Shown: positions 18,124 to 33,782 of the stretch, piece by piece
How the letters are laid out: every line of letters starts with the position of its first letter
Position numbering within the stretch: position 1 is the stretch's first letter
Source of the DNA: the human T2T-CHM13v2.0 reference genome, Homo sapiens
Reading direction: 5' to 3' (one strand)
Assembly: GCF_009914755.1 (NCBI RefSeq)
Contig: NC_060930.1
DNA length: 64,000 nucleotides
Program-made: the position numbers and the translations under genes
Notes under the pieces: model-generated
What the model was told of the DNA's origin: nothing
The model's input: only the letters and a program-made list of their open reading frames with translations
Databases searched by the model: none

Positions 18124-19469
18124 ATGGAGAGAAACCAGAGCAGAAAAGCTGAAAATCCTAAACACCAGAGCACCTCTTCTCCTCCAAAGGATCGCAGCTC
18201 CTCACCAGCAATGGAACAAAGCTGGATGGAGAATCACTTTGATGAATTGACAGAAGTAGGCTTCAGAAGGTCAGTAATAACAAACTTCTCCGAGCTAAAG
18301 GAGGCGGTTTGAACCCATCATAAGGAAGCTAAAAACCTTGAAAAAAGATTAGACAAATGGCTAACTAGAATAAACAGTGTAGAGAAGACCTCAAAGGACC
18401 TGATGGAGCTGAAAACCATGGCACGAGAACTACGTGACACATGTAAAAGCTTCAGTAGCCGATTCCATCAAGTGGAAGAAAGGGTATCAGTGATTGAAGA
18501 TCAAATTAATGAAACGAAGCAAGAAGAGAATTTAGAGAAAAAAGGGTAAAAAGAAGCCGGGCGCGGTGGCTCACGCCTGTAATCCCAGCATTTTGGGAGG
18601 CCGAGGCGGGCGGATCACAACGTCAGGAGATCGAGACCATCCTGGCTAACACGGTGAAACCCCGTCTCTACTAAAAATACAAAACATTAGCTGGGCATGG
18701 TGGCGGGCGCCTGTAGTCCCAGCCACTCGGGAGGCTGAGGCAGGAGAATGGCGTGAACCCGGGAGGTGGAGCTTGCAGTGAGCCAAGATGGCACCACTGC
18801 CCTCCAGCCTCAGTGACACAGTGAGACTCTGTCTCAAAAAAAAATAAATAAATAAAAGAAAAAAGGCTAAAAAGAAACAAACAAAGCCTCCAAGAAATAT
18901 GGGACTATGTGAAAAGACCAAATCTACGTCTGATTGGTGTACCTGACACTGACGGGGAGAATGGAACCAAGTTGGAAAACACTCTTCAGGATATTATCCA
19001 GGAGAACTTCCCCAACCTAGTAAGGCAGGCCAACATTCAAATTCAGGAAATACAGAGAACACCACAAAGATACTCCTCGAGAAAAACAATCCCAAGACAC
19101 ATAATTGTCAGATTCACCAAGGTTGAAATGAAGGAAAAAATGTTAAGGGCAGCCAGAGAGAAAGGTCGGGTTACCCGCAAAGGGAATCCCATCAGACTAA
19201 CAGCAGATCTCTTGGCAGAAACTCTACAAGCCAGAAGAGAGTGGGGGCCAATATTTATCATTCTTAAAGAAAAGAATTTTCAACCTAGAATTTCATATCC
19301 AGCCAAACTAAGCTTCATAATTGAAGGAGAAATAAAATCCTTTGCAGACAAGCAAATGCTGAGAGATTTTGTCACCACCAGGCCTGCCTTACAAGAGCTC
19401 CTGAAGGAAGCGCTAAACATGGAAAGGAACAACTGGTACCAGCCACTGCAAAATCATGCCAAATTGTAA
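18124..19469 (+). pseudogene. L1 ORF1p, disrupted (stop at 18310-18312, Alu insertion)
   Basis: MERNQSRKAE... start and ...[11 protein letters not shown]...YQPLQNHAKL end. Confidence 0.9.
18556..18864 (+). mobile_element. AluY-like inserted in L1 ORF1
   Basis: Alu dimer; TAAAAAGAA flanks. Confidence 0.93.
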
Positions 19470-19529
19470 AGACCATCGATGCTAGGAAGAAACTGCATCA
19501 ACTAATGGGCAAAATAACCAGCTAACATC

Positions 19530-23356
<3,827 letters not shown>

Positions 23357-23606
23357 ACAATAAGAACACTTGGACACAGGAAGGGGAATGTCACACACCA
23401 GGGCCTGTCGTGGAGTGGGTTAGTGGGGAGGGATAGCATTAGGAGAAATACCTAATGTAAATAACAAGTTAATGGGTGCAGGATACCAACATGGCACGTG
23501 TATACATATGTAACAAACCTGCACATTGTGCACATGTACCCTAGAACTTAAAGTACAAAAAATAAGAGAATAAAATATTTCCCCCCTTAGACCTGAGCCC
23601 TGATAG

Positions 23607-23994
<388 letters not shown>

Positions 23995-23999
23995 TGAGC

Positions 24000-24305
24000 A
24001 CCGTGAATGAGGCTGTCAAACTGGAAAAGTGAGTTAAGCTGAGATGCAGACCTGCCAAAGTCTCAACCAACACCATAGGGAGCACTGGATTACATATGGC
24101 CTATACTCCTGTGGTGCCAAAACGACAAATCTTTTTACTCCACTGCAATCAATTGTTGAAGGTGCATCATCCCAGGAAGGGTGTGCTTTTGGGAGAATCA
24201 ACTCTCTGCACCTGAGATAAACCCTAGAACATTGGCAGCACTCCAAACAACTAAGGGAAATGAGTCCTTCTTTGAGAGGGAATGTAGGTGGCATTTCTCC
24301 ATGTC
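24000..24305 (-). mobile_element. MLT1F-like MaLR LTR fragment
   Basis: similarity to recalled MLT1F (gctgagatgcag...ggagcactgga...cccaggaagggtgtg...gtccttctttgagaggg). Confidence 0.55.
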
Positions 24306-24459
24306 TTATATATCTCAGTTATTATTTATTCAAATATTGCCTCTGCTCTATTGTCTTTCATCCATTAAAAATTCTAATTAAATATATATTAGATCTCCTT
24401 ATCCTCTCTTCTATTAATACCATTATTTTGCATCTCCATACTTTGTTCTGAATAATTAC

Positions 24460-24753
24460 TTTTTGTTTTTTTATGAGACAGAGTATCGCTCTGTTGCCCA
24501 GGCTGGAGTAAAGTGGCACAATCTCGGCTCACTGCAAGCTCCGCTTTCTGGGTTCATGCCATTTTCCTGCCTCAGACTCCCAAGTAGCTGGGACTACAGG
24601 TGCCTGCCACCACACCTGGCTAATTTTTTGTATTTTTAGTAGAGATGGGGTTTCACCGAGTTATCATGATGGTCTCGATCTCCTGACCTCGTGAACCACC
24701 TGCCTCAGCCTCCCAAAGTGCTGGGTTTACAGATGTGAGCCACCACGCCCAGC
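24460..24753 (-). mobile_element. AluY-like
   Basis: Alu dimer; TGTTCTGAATAATT flanks. Confidence 0.9.
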
Positions 24754-25054
24754 GTGTTCTGAATAATTTCTTCTAAATTATTTTCCACTTTACTAATACT
24801 CTTTTCAGTTGTGTCAAGTTTGTTGTTAATTTATCCTTCAAGTTCTTAATTTTGGTTATTATATATTTCAATTACAAATAAATTTTGGTTTTTATTTTTA
24901 AATCTACTTCGTCAGTTTTTATATTTTTCAATTTGCTCCTTAAATTTTTTAGATTAGCTTTTGTTTCTTTGAATATAGTAAGCAGTTTTGTTACACCCTT
25001 ATCTGATAATTTCCAAATCTGAAGTTTAGTAGATTCTATTTCTGGTATCTGTCA

Positions 25055-25144
25055 TTTCTTTTTCTTTCTTTCCTTTCTTTTCTCTTTTTCTTTTTTCTTT
25101 CTTTCTCTCTTTCTTTCTCTCTCTTTTCTTTCTTTTCTTTTTTT
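25055..25144. repeat. CT-rich low-complexity tract
   Basis: (TTTC/TC)n run. Confidence 0.85.
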
Positions 25145-25877
25145 GAGTCTGTTGTTTCTGTTGATTTTCACGGAGACTTGTTTGTTCATGTGTATGCACG
25201 TTTGTATGCTGGGTTTTGTATTTGAAAAAAATATTTCTAGAAATAATGTGAAGTCTAGGTTAAAGTTTTATTCCTTCAGAGAGGATTTTCTTTTGCTTCT
25301 TCAGAAACCTAGATGTGCTGAAATACAGCCCACCTTAAACCAGTGTCAAGGTTTGGGGTCTTATGGGCTACCAGATGATGGTAAGCCAAGCTGCAGTTTA
25401 TGGGTGAGCAGGTTTACTTACAGTTCCCCTTTACTCCTAGAAAGCAGCCTCAGGGGGAGTGCATGATCACCAATGTCGCCACTTTGGGCAGCCCTAGGTT
25501 TCTGTTTTTGTTCCTCTAACCCTATGAGGCTATCAGAAACATAGATAAGTCTCTTGGCTTCTACATCCAGATTACAAATGTTGCCAGGGCAAAAGGGGTC
25601 CCAACTGCTAGATTCACTTCTCTGGGTTTGTTTCTTTTACTGACACTCAGCAGGTAATTGATTACTAGTTTATTATATTTTTAATGCTTTAAGAAAGAAT
25701 TATTTTTATATATCACCCGGCTTTATTGTTGTCTTTACCAGGGGGATTATCTGAATTACCTAGACATCCATTATCTGGAACAGAGTTCTGTCTCTCTTCA
25801 CTTGTCTTAATTGAAAACTAGAGTCAGCACCCCTGAATATCAGCGGAATCCACTGCACCATAATCTGTGGATTATGC

Positions 25878-26631
<754 letters not shown>

Positions 26632-26790
26632 ATGCCCATATTCTGAAGGTGTGAGTGAGCCTATACCAACAAGGTCAGGCTCAAACCTAGCCATTTTCTT
26701 CCAAAGTGTTAACCACAGTATTAAATAGCACCAAGGTTTTTAAAATAACTGAGACATTTACACACAAATATATTTTTAAAAAATAGAGAT

Positions 26791-27127
<337 letters not shown>

Positions 27128-27770
27128 TCATACTGTAGACTTTGTATGACTGTACGATGCTCTTCTTTGCATGACTATACAAGGCCCTTCAAAACCCGAG
27201 AAAAGTGTTCCTATTCTCATGTCAAAACTTCCTAGCACTATTAATGGAATGAACTGTTGGGGGAAAATGAAATAAAGAAGCAATGTTATTTCCCCTAAAT
27301 CTTTAGCAAGCACTTGTTGGATTAGTGAATCTTTGCCCTTGCGTGCAAGTCAGAGGATGGCAGCTCAAACTCACTAGAATCCATCTGGTTGTCTCCTCTT
27401 TTCTTTTGTCTCACATGCTTTGTTATGTGTCAGTTTAACTATACATATTTTAAAATAAGGACTTTCAGGGCAAAACATCTTACCATATACTATCACCGTA
27501 ACTTGATGTAAACTTGAACTTAGTATACAGTAAGGCTGAGCTTATAAAATGTTCATTCAGGCTTACGTCAAGTTATGGTGGTAGAATATGGTAAATGAAC
27601 TTATGTGATCTTATAAACTTAAAAACTGCTTATAAACTGCTCTAAAACTTTTTTTAAAAATTAAAAATAAAACAAATTCAAGGTATGCTCTTCTACTGGA
27701 TATGCCATCTTAATTTTCTGTAACGGAAACTATCCTTTTGCCAACATCTACTCAGATGACTGGACTAATA

Positions 27771-28109
27771 CAGTCATGCCTAGATCAACCTCAGGGATAT
27801 GATCTGAAAAATTAGTCATTAGGGCATTTCATCACTGTGCAAACATTTTAGAGAGTATTTAACACAAACCTAGATGGTATAGCCTACTCCACACCTAGGT
27901 TATACGGTGTAGTCCATTGCTGCTGGGCTACAAACCACTACAGCATGTTACTGTATTGAATACTGTAGGGCAATGGAACACACAGATACGTATTTGTGTA
28001 CTTAAACACAGGAAAGATACAGTAAAAATATGGTATTATAGTCTTATAAAACCATGGTCGTACATGTAGTCAGTCATTGACGGAAAGGTCTTTGTGTGAA
28101 GCACAAATG
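27771..28109 (+). mobile_element. Tigger3a-like DNA transposon
   Basis: TA-CAGTCATG...TG-TA; acacaaacctagatggtatagcctac core. Confidence 0.8.
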
Positions 28110-28888
28110 TAGTTCCAATTTGAGCATGACATCTTGTTGAAGGTTTAAGAATTAACCTGTATACTGAGAGTACATGTGGCTTCAGGTTGTTCACATACAT
28201 ATATTTTCAGGTTGTTCATACATATTATATGCTATTATAAGGTATTTTAAACTACCATGAACACCACAATAAAACATGGGAAAATGTTAATGATTTATTA
28301 GAGGAAAATAACTCAGTTATGAATATTGAAGCCCATTCTAAAGATAGAATTTTTGAAGCTAAAGAATATGCCCTAGATAACTACTATAGGTATTGTAAAA
28401 ACAATTTGTTTTGAAAACCCAGAGGGCATATTCAAAAACAAGAATCTACCATACAGAAAGGTAGTCGCCATCTCAAAACTCTCATATATAGCAAAGGACT
28501 TTGGTCTTCCCAAGATAGCCATTTGGTTGTGCCTAAGTCATTCCCCAGAACTTTGATGTGCCTCGCACATGAAAGCACCCATAAATAATGGCAAGAACAA
28601 ATTCACTACAAATTTTCAAAATTATTGTTAGAAAATTTTTCTCAAGAAGCTCTATGGGTAGATGAATCTTTTCTTCTCTGTGTTGATCATAACCCTCCAA
28701 AAAACTAAAACTATAGCAAGGCTTCAGTTTTCCACCTCCAGTACCATTTGCGCATTTACAAATGGATTTCATTCAGTTTTCCAAAATTTTAAAAAATTGA
28801 ACGTTGTTTCAACAATATTTTCAAAAGTAAAATTGTGTAATTTGGGTTGGACTGAAGCTTTCTCTTCTAAAAGATTAATACCTTAAGT

Positions 28889-29003
28889 TAGTGTTGTCAA
28901 ATAGGGCTTTTTACAATGATGAAAATGTTCTATATCTGTGCTGTCCACCTGGTAGGTATGACATGCCACGTGTGGCTATTGAGCATTGAAATGGGAATAG
29001 TAC
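28889..29003 (+). mobile_element. MER3-like hAT fragment
   Basis: tgatgaaaatgttctatatctgtgctgtcca...gccacgtgtggctattgagca. Confidence 0.75.
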
Positions 29004-29223
29004 AACAGCTGTTACCAAAACCTAATAACAAGTATCATTCAAAGCTTGCAGATTTTGTTTTTCCAACTGGGAAATACAAAACATTTAGCACTGTTAATGG
29101 ACAGAGAAATCCACTTCAGTAGTGAAATTCTTAAGATTCTCCCATTAAAACATACACTTTTTGTCCTTATTCTCAAAATCTGAGAAAGCAACACAAATTT
29201 ATGGTCTTCTTTAAATCAACATT

Positions 29224-29907
29224 TGAAAACACCATCGCAAAATTACAACTGAGACAGTGAGAGATCTAACCTAACCAATTCCATCTTGCTTCTAACCTCC
29301 AAGCTGTCCTTGTTCATTCCTGGTCGTAGGCTGACCTAACTTTGGGAGGAACTTAGTTTATAGTTTAGCTTTGAAACAAAGACAATAGCAGCCCTTTCCA
29401 AAACAAACCCGCTTCCTGCCTGGGGACTAGACTGCTTTCGCAGGACTAACAAATTAGCCACAAGATTATAAATTATGGTTTAGGAGTCATGCAGCTGGAG
29501 GCTGCAAGATTCTAAACCTCCCCCAATTGCTCCTCAGGATAACATCACTATTGTAAAACCGAAGATCAGTTCTTGAGATATTTTGCAGCCCCTGTACTCT
29601 ATGGATCAGCTAGCACCACCCATAACGATAAACTGGCTCATCTGGTCTTGTGGCCCCCATCCAGAAATTAAGCCAACACAAGAGGACAGCTTCGACTCCC
29701 TCTGATTTCATCTCCGACCCGACTAATCAACTTTCCCAACTCACTGGTCCCCTACCCACCAAATTATCCTTAAAAACTGCAATCCACTTGGGGAGACTGA
29801 TTTGAATAATAATAAAACGGGTCTCCCACACAGCCGGCTTTGCATGCCCGTCTTGATAAATGGTTCTGTCTAGGCAGTGGGCAAGCTGAACTCATTGGGT
29901 GGTTACA
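29224..29907 (+). mobile_element. solo LTR8-like ERV1 LTR
   Basis: TGAAAAC...GGTTACA termini; 4-bp TSD CATT at 29220-29223 and 29908-29911; ccatcttgcttctaacctccaagctgtcc motif. Confidence 0.85.
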
Positions 29908-30034
29908 CATTTTCAAATTTTCAGAGCTTTCCTTAGACTAAAACTTTACCATCAGTCCTAAGGTAGTATGATCCATGCTACAAAACTCGCCATAAAACCT
30001 TACTATGTAACACTGCTATAGAAATCTATAAAGT

Positions 30035-30732
30035 GTTTCCTTCGTAGGAGGGCCGTAGGCAGCCATGGCGCCCAGCAGGAATGGCATGATGTTGAAGCCC
30101 CACTTCCACAAGGACTGGCAGCAGCGTGTGGCCACGTGGTTCAACCAGAAGATCCGCAGAATCAAGGCCCGGCAAGCCAAAGGGCGCTGCATCGCCCCGC
30201 GCCCGGAGAGTCGGGACCCATCTGGCCCATTGTGCTGTGCCCTGCTGTGCGTTATCACATCAAGGTGCGCGCCGGCAGAGGCTTCAGCCTGGAGCTCAGG
30301 GTGGCGGGCATTCACAAGAAGGTGACCCGGACCACTGGCATCTCTGTGGATCCGAGGCGGCAGAACAAGTCCACCGATTCCCTGCAGGCCAATGTGCAGC
30401 GTCTGAATGAGTATTGCTCCAAACTCATCCTCTTCCCCAGAAAGCCCTCGGCCCCCAAGAAGGGAGACAGTTCTGCTGAAGAACAGAAATTGGCCACCCA
30501 GCTGACAGGACCGGTCATGCCCATCAAGAATGTAAGGAGAAAGCCCGAGTCATCACTGAGAAGTAGAGGAATTGCAAAGCTTTCGCTAGTCTCCGCATGG
30601 CCGGTGCCAATGCTTGGCGGCAATGCTCGGCTCTTCGGCATATGGGCAAAAAGAGCCAAGGAAGCTGAAAAACAGGATGTGTGAAAGCAAAAATAAAGCC
30701 CTCTTGGGGACTTGTAATAAATACGTTTTAAA
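30035..30732 (+). pseudogene. RPL13P: processed pseudogene of ribosomal protein L13 (eL13)
   Basis: ATG at 30065 ([28 protein letters not shown]); [11 protein letters not shown]...[21 protein letters not shown]; intronless with frameshifts; AATAAA and decayed A-tail; 15-bp TSD AGAAATCTATAAAGT at 30020-30034 and 30733-30747. Confidence 0.96.
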
Positions 30733-30749
30733 AGAAATCTATAAAGTTT

Positions 30750-31131
30750 AAACTGATTCTTCCTCTGACAGAGAAAGGCAGTTTCTTAACAGATAGAAAA
30801 CACGTGAAACTGGTGGTCGGTCACTTCCCAATAAGATCTCAGGAGTGGGGAGAAATAACACAAGATTTAGGAACTATGCCAACGTTTACGACCCCAGGTC
30901 TAGAGGTCAAGCCGTGCACTTGGTCTCTCAAGTCGCCTGCTTGGCCCTCTTCCAAGTGTACTTTCCTTCATTAGTGCTCTAAATATTTTCAATAATTTTT
31001 CACCCCTGCTCTAAGACTTGCCTCGGTCTCTCCTTCGGCATTATGCTCCTCAATCGAATTCTTTCCTTCTCCTGAGGAGGCAAGAATTAATGTTGCTGCA
31101 GACTCCTTACAGATAACTGCCACCGCTAATA
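30750..31131 (+). mobile_element. ERV1-type LTR (subfamily uncertain)
   Basis: tcgcctgcttggccctcttccaagtgtact...gaattctttc...gaggaggcaagaatt...ccgctaata LTR-type R/U5. Confidence 0.55.
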
Positions 31132-31418
31132 TGTTGAGATGTTCACACATGCATGTGTGAGGCCCTTCAAAATGTGAGCTGCGGTTAGAATTGGGAAGAG
31201 AAGGGAGTGGGGATATGTATCTTTGTTTTCTGATTGCCTTCCATATCTTTTAAAACTAGCTAAGTGCTGCTTCAAGTCAGCCAGATACGAAGGCTTCAAT
31301 TTATTTAACACAATAAAGAACTTCTATTTGGATCCAAAGCTTACATTATGCTTTAATAAAAGTTACCCTAATAAAGTCAGAAACAATAACAATGAGTCAA
31401 AGAAATGCATACAAAGTA

Positions 31419-31739
31419 GGCCAGGCGTGGTGGCTCACGCCTGGAATCCCGGCACTTTAGGAGGCAGAGGCGGGTGGATCGTGGATCACTTGAGTTCAGG
31501 AGTTCGAGACCAGCCTGGCCAACATGGTGAAACCCCCGTTTCCACTAAAAAAAAAAAAATTAGCCGGGCATGGTGGTGCATCATGCCTGTAATTCCAGCT
31601 ACTCGGGAGGCTAAGGCAGGAGAATCACTTGCATCTGGGAGGCACAGCTTGCACGTGAACCGAGATGGTGCCATTGCACTCTGCACTCCAGCCTGGGAGA
31701 CAGAGTGAGACTCTTGTCTCCAAAAAAAAAAAAAAAAAA
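31419..31739 (+). mobile_element. AluS-like
   Basis: Alu dimer. Confidence 0.9.
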
Positions 31740-32332
31740 GCCTACAAAAAGCTTACAAAGTCTAAAATCGGACGAACAAGAGGACACCTGATGGGGGAAA
31801 AGAAAAGAGATTGCGATGGGAAGAGAGTGGTGGGGAAATCCGTGGGACAGTTTTCCTATTTTCTGGGTCTGTCCCTTGACCAAGGAACAGCTCAAAAAAG
31901 AAAGGATCTAAAATAAATTGTAAAAAATTACCTGTGGTTTCGCATTTGTTTTCTGTCTTTTTCTTTCTTGCTTGATCTTCGATAATACTGGGAAATGTAA
32001 CCAATGTGATTGGGCTTGTTAATTTGGTGCCTTGCTTGTTTTTCGGGTTTTGGAATTCTGCCAGTCTGTGCTTCCGCGGCCTCTTTCATTTTGTCTTTCA
32101 TCTCTTGACACAGCCACCCAGGGTGGTGTCAAAGCCTTAGAGCAGAAATGCATCAATATTGAAAGCAAAACGGAGCTTGTTTTCCTTGGTTTCCATGTGA
32201 ATTTGAAGAATTGAGAGAGAATGAAAGTGCCACAAAAACAAAAGAAAAAAAATTGAGGCGAGTCGTGGACATGATAGACATGATTTTGCAAACAAGGCAC
32301 ATCTAGGAGAAAAGGCGGGAGAAAAATGAAGC

Positions 32333-32404
32333 TGGAGGTGCCGGGGATTGAACCCGGGGCCTCGTGCATGCTAAGCACGCGCTCTACCACTGAGCTACAC
32401 CCCC
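32333..32404 (-). tRNA. TRA-AGC2-2: tRNA-Ala (anticodon AGC), identical to 7093-7164
   Basis: 72/72 identity to the first copy; anticodon at 32370-32372; T5 terminator (plus-strand AAAAA 32322-32326). Locus number is recalled. Confidence 0.97.
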
Positions 32405-32519
32405 CAACGCTCAACGTGGGCCAAAATATTTCTATGACCTGTTACTATTATCGGTCGTGCCAAGAAGCATATTTTGTCGAACTTAATTTTGAATTCGCTA
32501 TACTGGATATTGTTTCCTG

Positions 32520-33170
32520 ACTGCGCTGAGAGAAGGAAAACTGAATGTTATATCGAAAGTCCCGTGCTGGGCCTGGGATCTCCCGCTGCAGGTCACCCTC
32601 TCGGACGGCCGCTCGACAACCACCTATCGGGGTTTATAAGGGAGCCGTCCTGCCTGGCCGCCCCCCAGAGAAAGGTCTGTGATGGGGTGATTCTGCTTGG
32701 AAAGGTTGCCAGGAAACCGCGAGCATAACGCAGAAAGATAAAACGAAAGCCCTAAACGCCGCCGTGGGAATTTAAGTCCAAGGGGCAGAGAAAACAGGAG
32801 GGGAATTGCAGATCGGCTTGTCCCGGTCGTAGTTACTGCCCCTGCAGGTTCCCGCGCCCAGCCTCGGGATGGAGAACCTGGCACGCTACGTTTCGCGGGC
32901 TCTGAGACTCGGGTGGTGAGAGTCGCCGAGATGCGCACTGGGAAGAGAAAAGAGCCAGGACGCACCTGCATTTATGGCGCCATCGCCCGGGCGGAATCCT
33001 CCACGGAATAAAAAGTATGCAGAAGCAAGGCGATTTATGACTGCATAAACCCTCCGTGCTCCTGGAGAGTTCTTAGACCTCTCCACTCCTTGGCACAACT
33101 GACCTCTCCACTCTTCGACAAACTGGCAAGCGCTTGCCGCCGTTCGCCAAACCTTGGTACGACAGTCAAT
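32520..33170. promoter_or_regulatory. CpG island upstream of the second tRNA-Ala
   Basis: non-repeat CpG-rich DNA with GGGCGG and ATGGCG (YY1-like) motifs. Confidence 0.65.
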
Positions 33171-33782
33171 CCAGAAATGAGCTTCTGGAACAAATCCTAA
33201 ATCCTTTTTTGTCTGTCTTCTTCTGATTCGCTCTCATCCTTAAGGGACCTGTTTCTCCTTCAAAACCTGAAAACATCTAACCTATAGTACCAACCCCAGA
33301 TCCAGGCCTGGCCTTCCTGACCAGTCAAAGCCAGTTGGACTGTGCGCCTAGAAGTGGACAGACATGCGAAATGCCATACTGTATACGTACAATGCATAGG
33401 CCAAAGGCGACCCTATGACCCAGAGATTAGAAAGACTCGGACGTCTTTTGACTGGGTTCAGGTCACACTACTCCCAAAATACGACACCTCGGCATTTGAG
33501 AAAACAGCAGAAGCAGAAACGTTTTTCTCTGGGCCCTTGTTCCGTGAAGCGGGCCATGAAAGCTACCTGATCTTCCAATTAAAGTAGGTGATAAGACCGT
33601 CAATTCAGAGGGGAGAAAATGTACTTGGAGGAAATAAACGAAGACACAGAGATGCCAAAGAGAACCTGAATAAACAGGCTTTGCTAAGTTCACCCCAGTT
33701 TATAACCATTAGATCATACCCCCTTTTATCCAATTATACTGCTATGGGACTATCCACTTCATCAAACCTAAGCATAAAAATA

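Larger units (their letters stand above)
28230..30005 (+). pseudogene. highly decayed gamma-like ERV pol (integrase) remnant
   Basis: translated motifs HNPPK, PVPFAHLQMDFIQF (28738-28779), GWTEAFSSKR (28845-28874), DREIHFS (29100-29120); interrupted by MER3 and LTR8. Confidence 0.65.

Noticed and set aside
30065-30696. Functional RPL13 retrogene
   Set aside because: It has an early deletion, frameshifts, and no ATG-initiated full-length frame.
32019-32520. ORFs crossing the tRNA-Ala gene
   Set aside because: They are translations of tRNA sequence and flanks.
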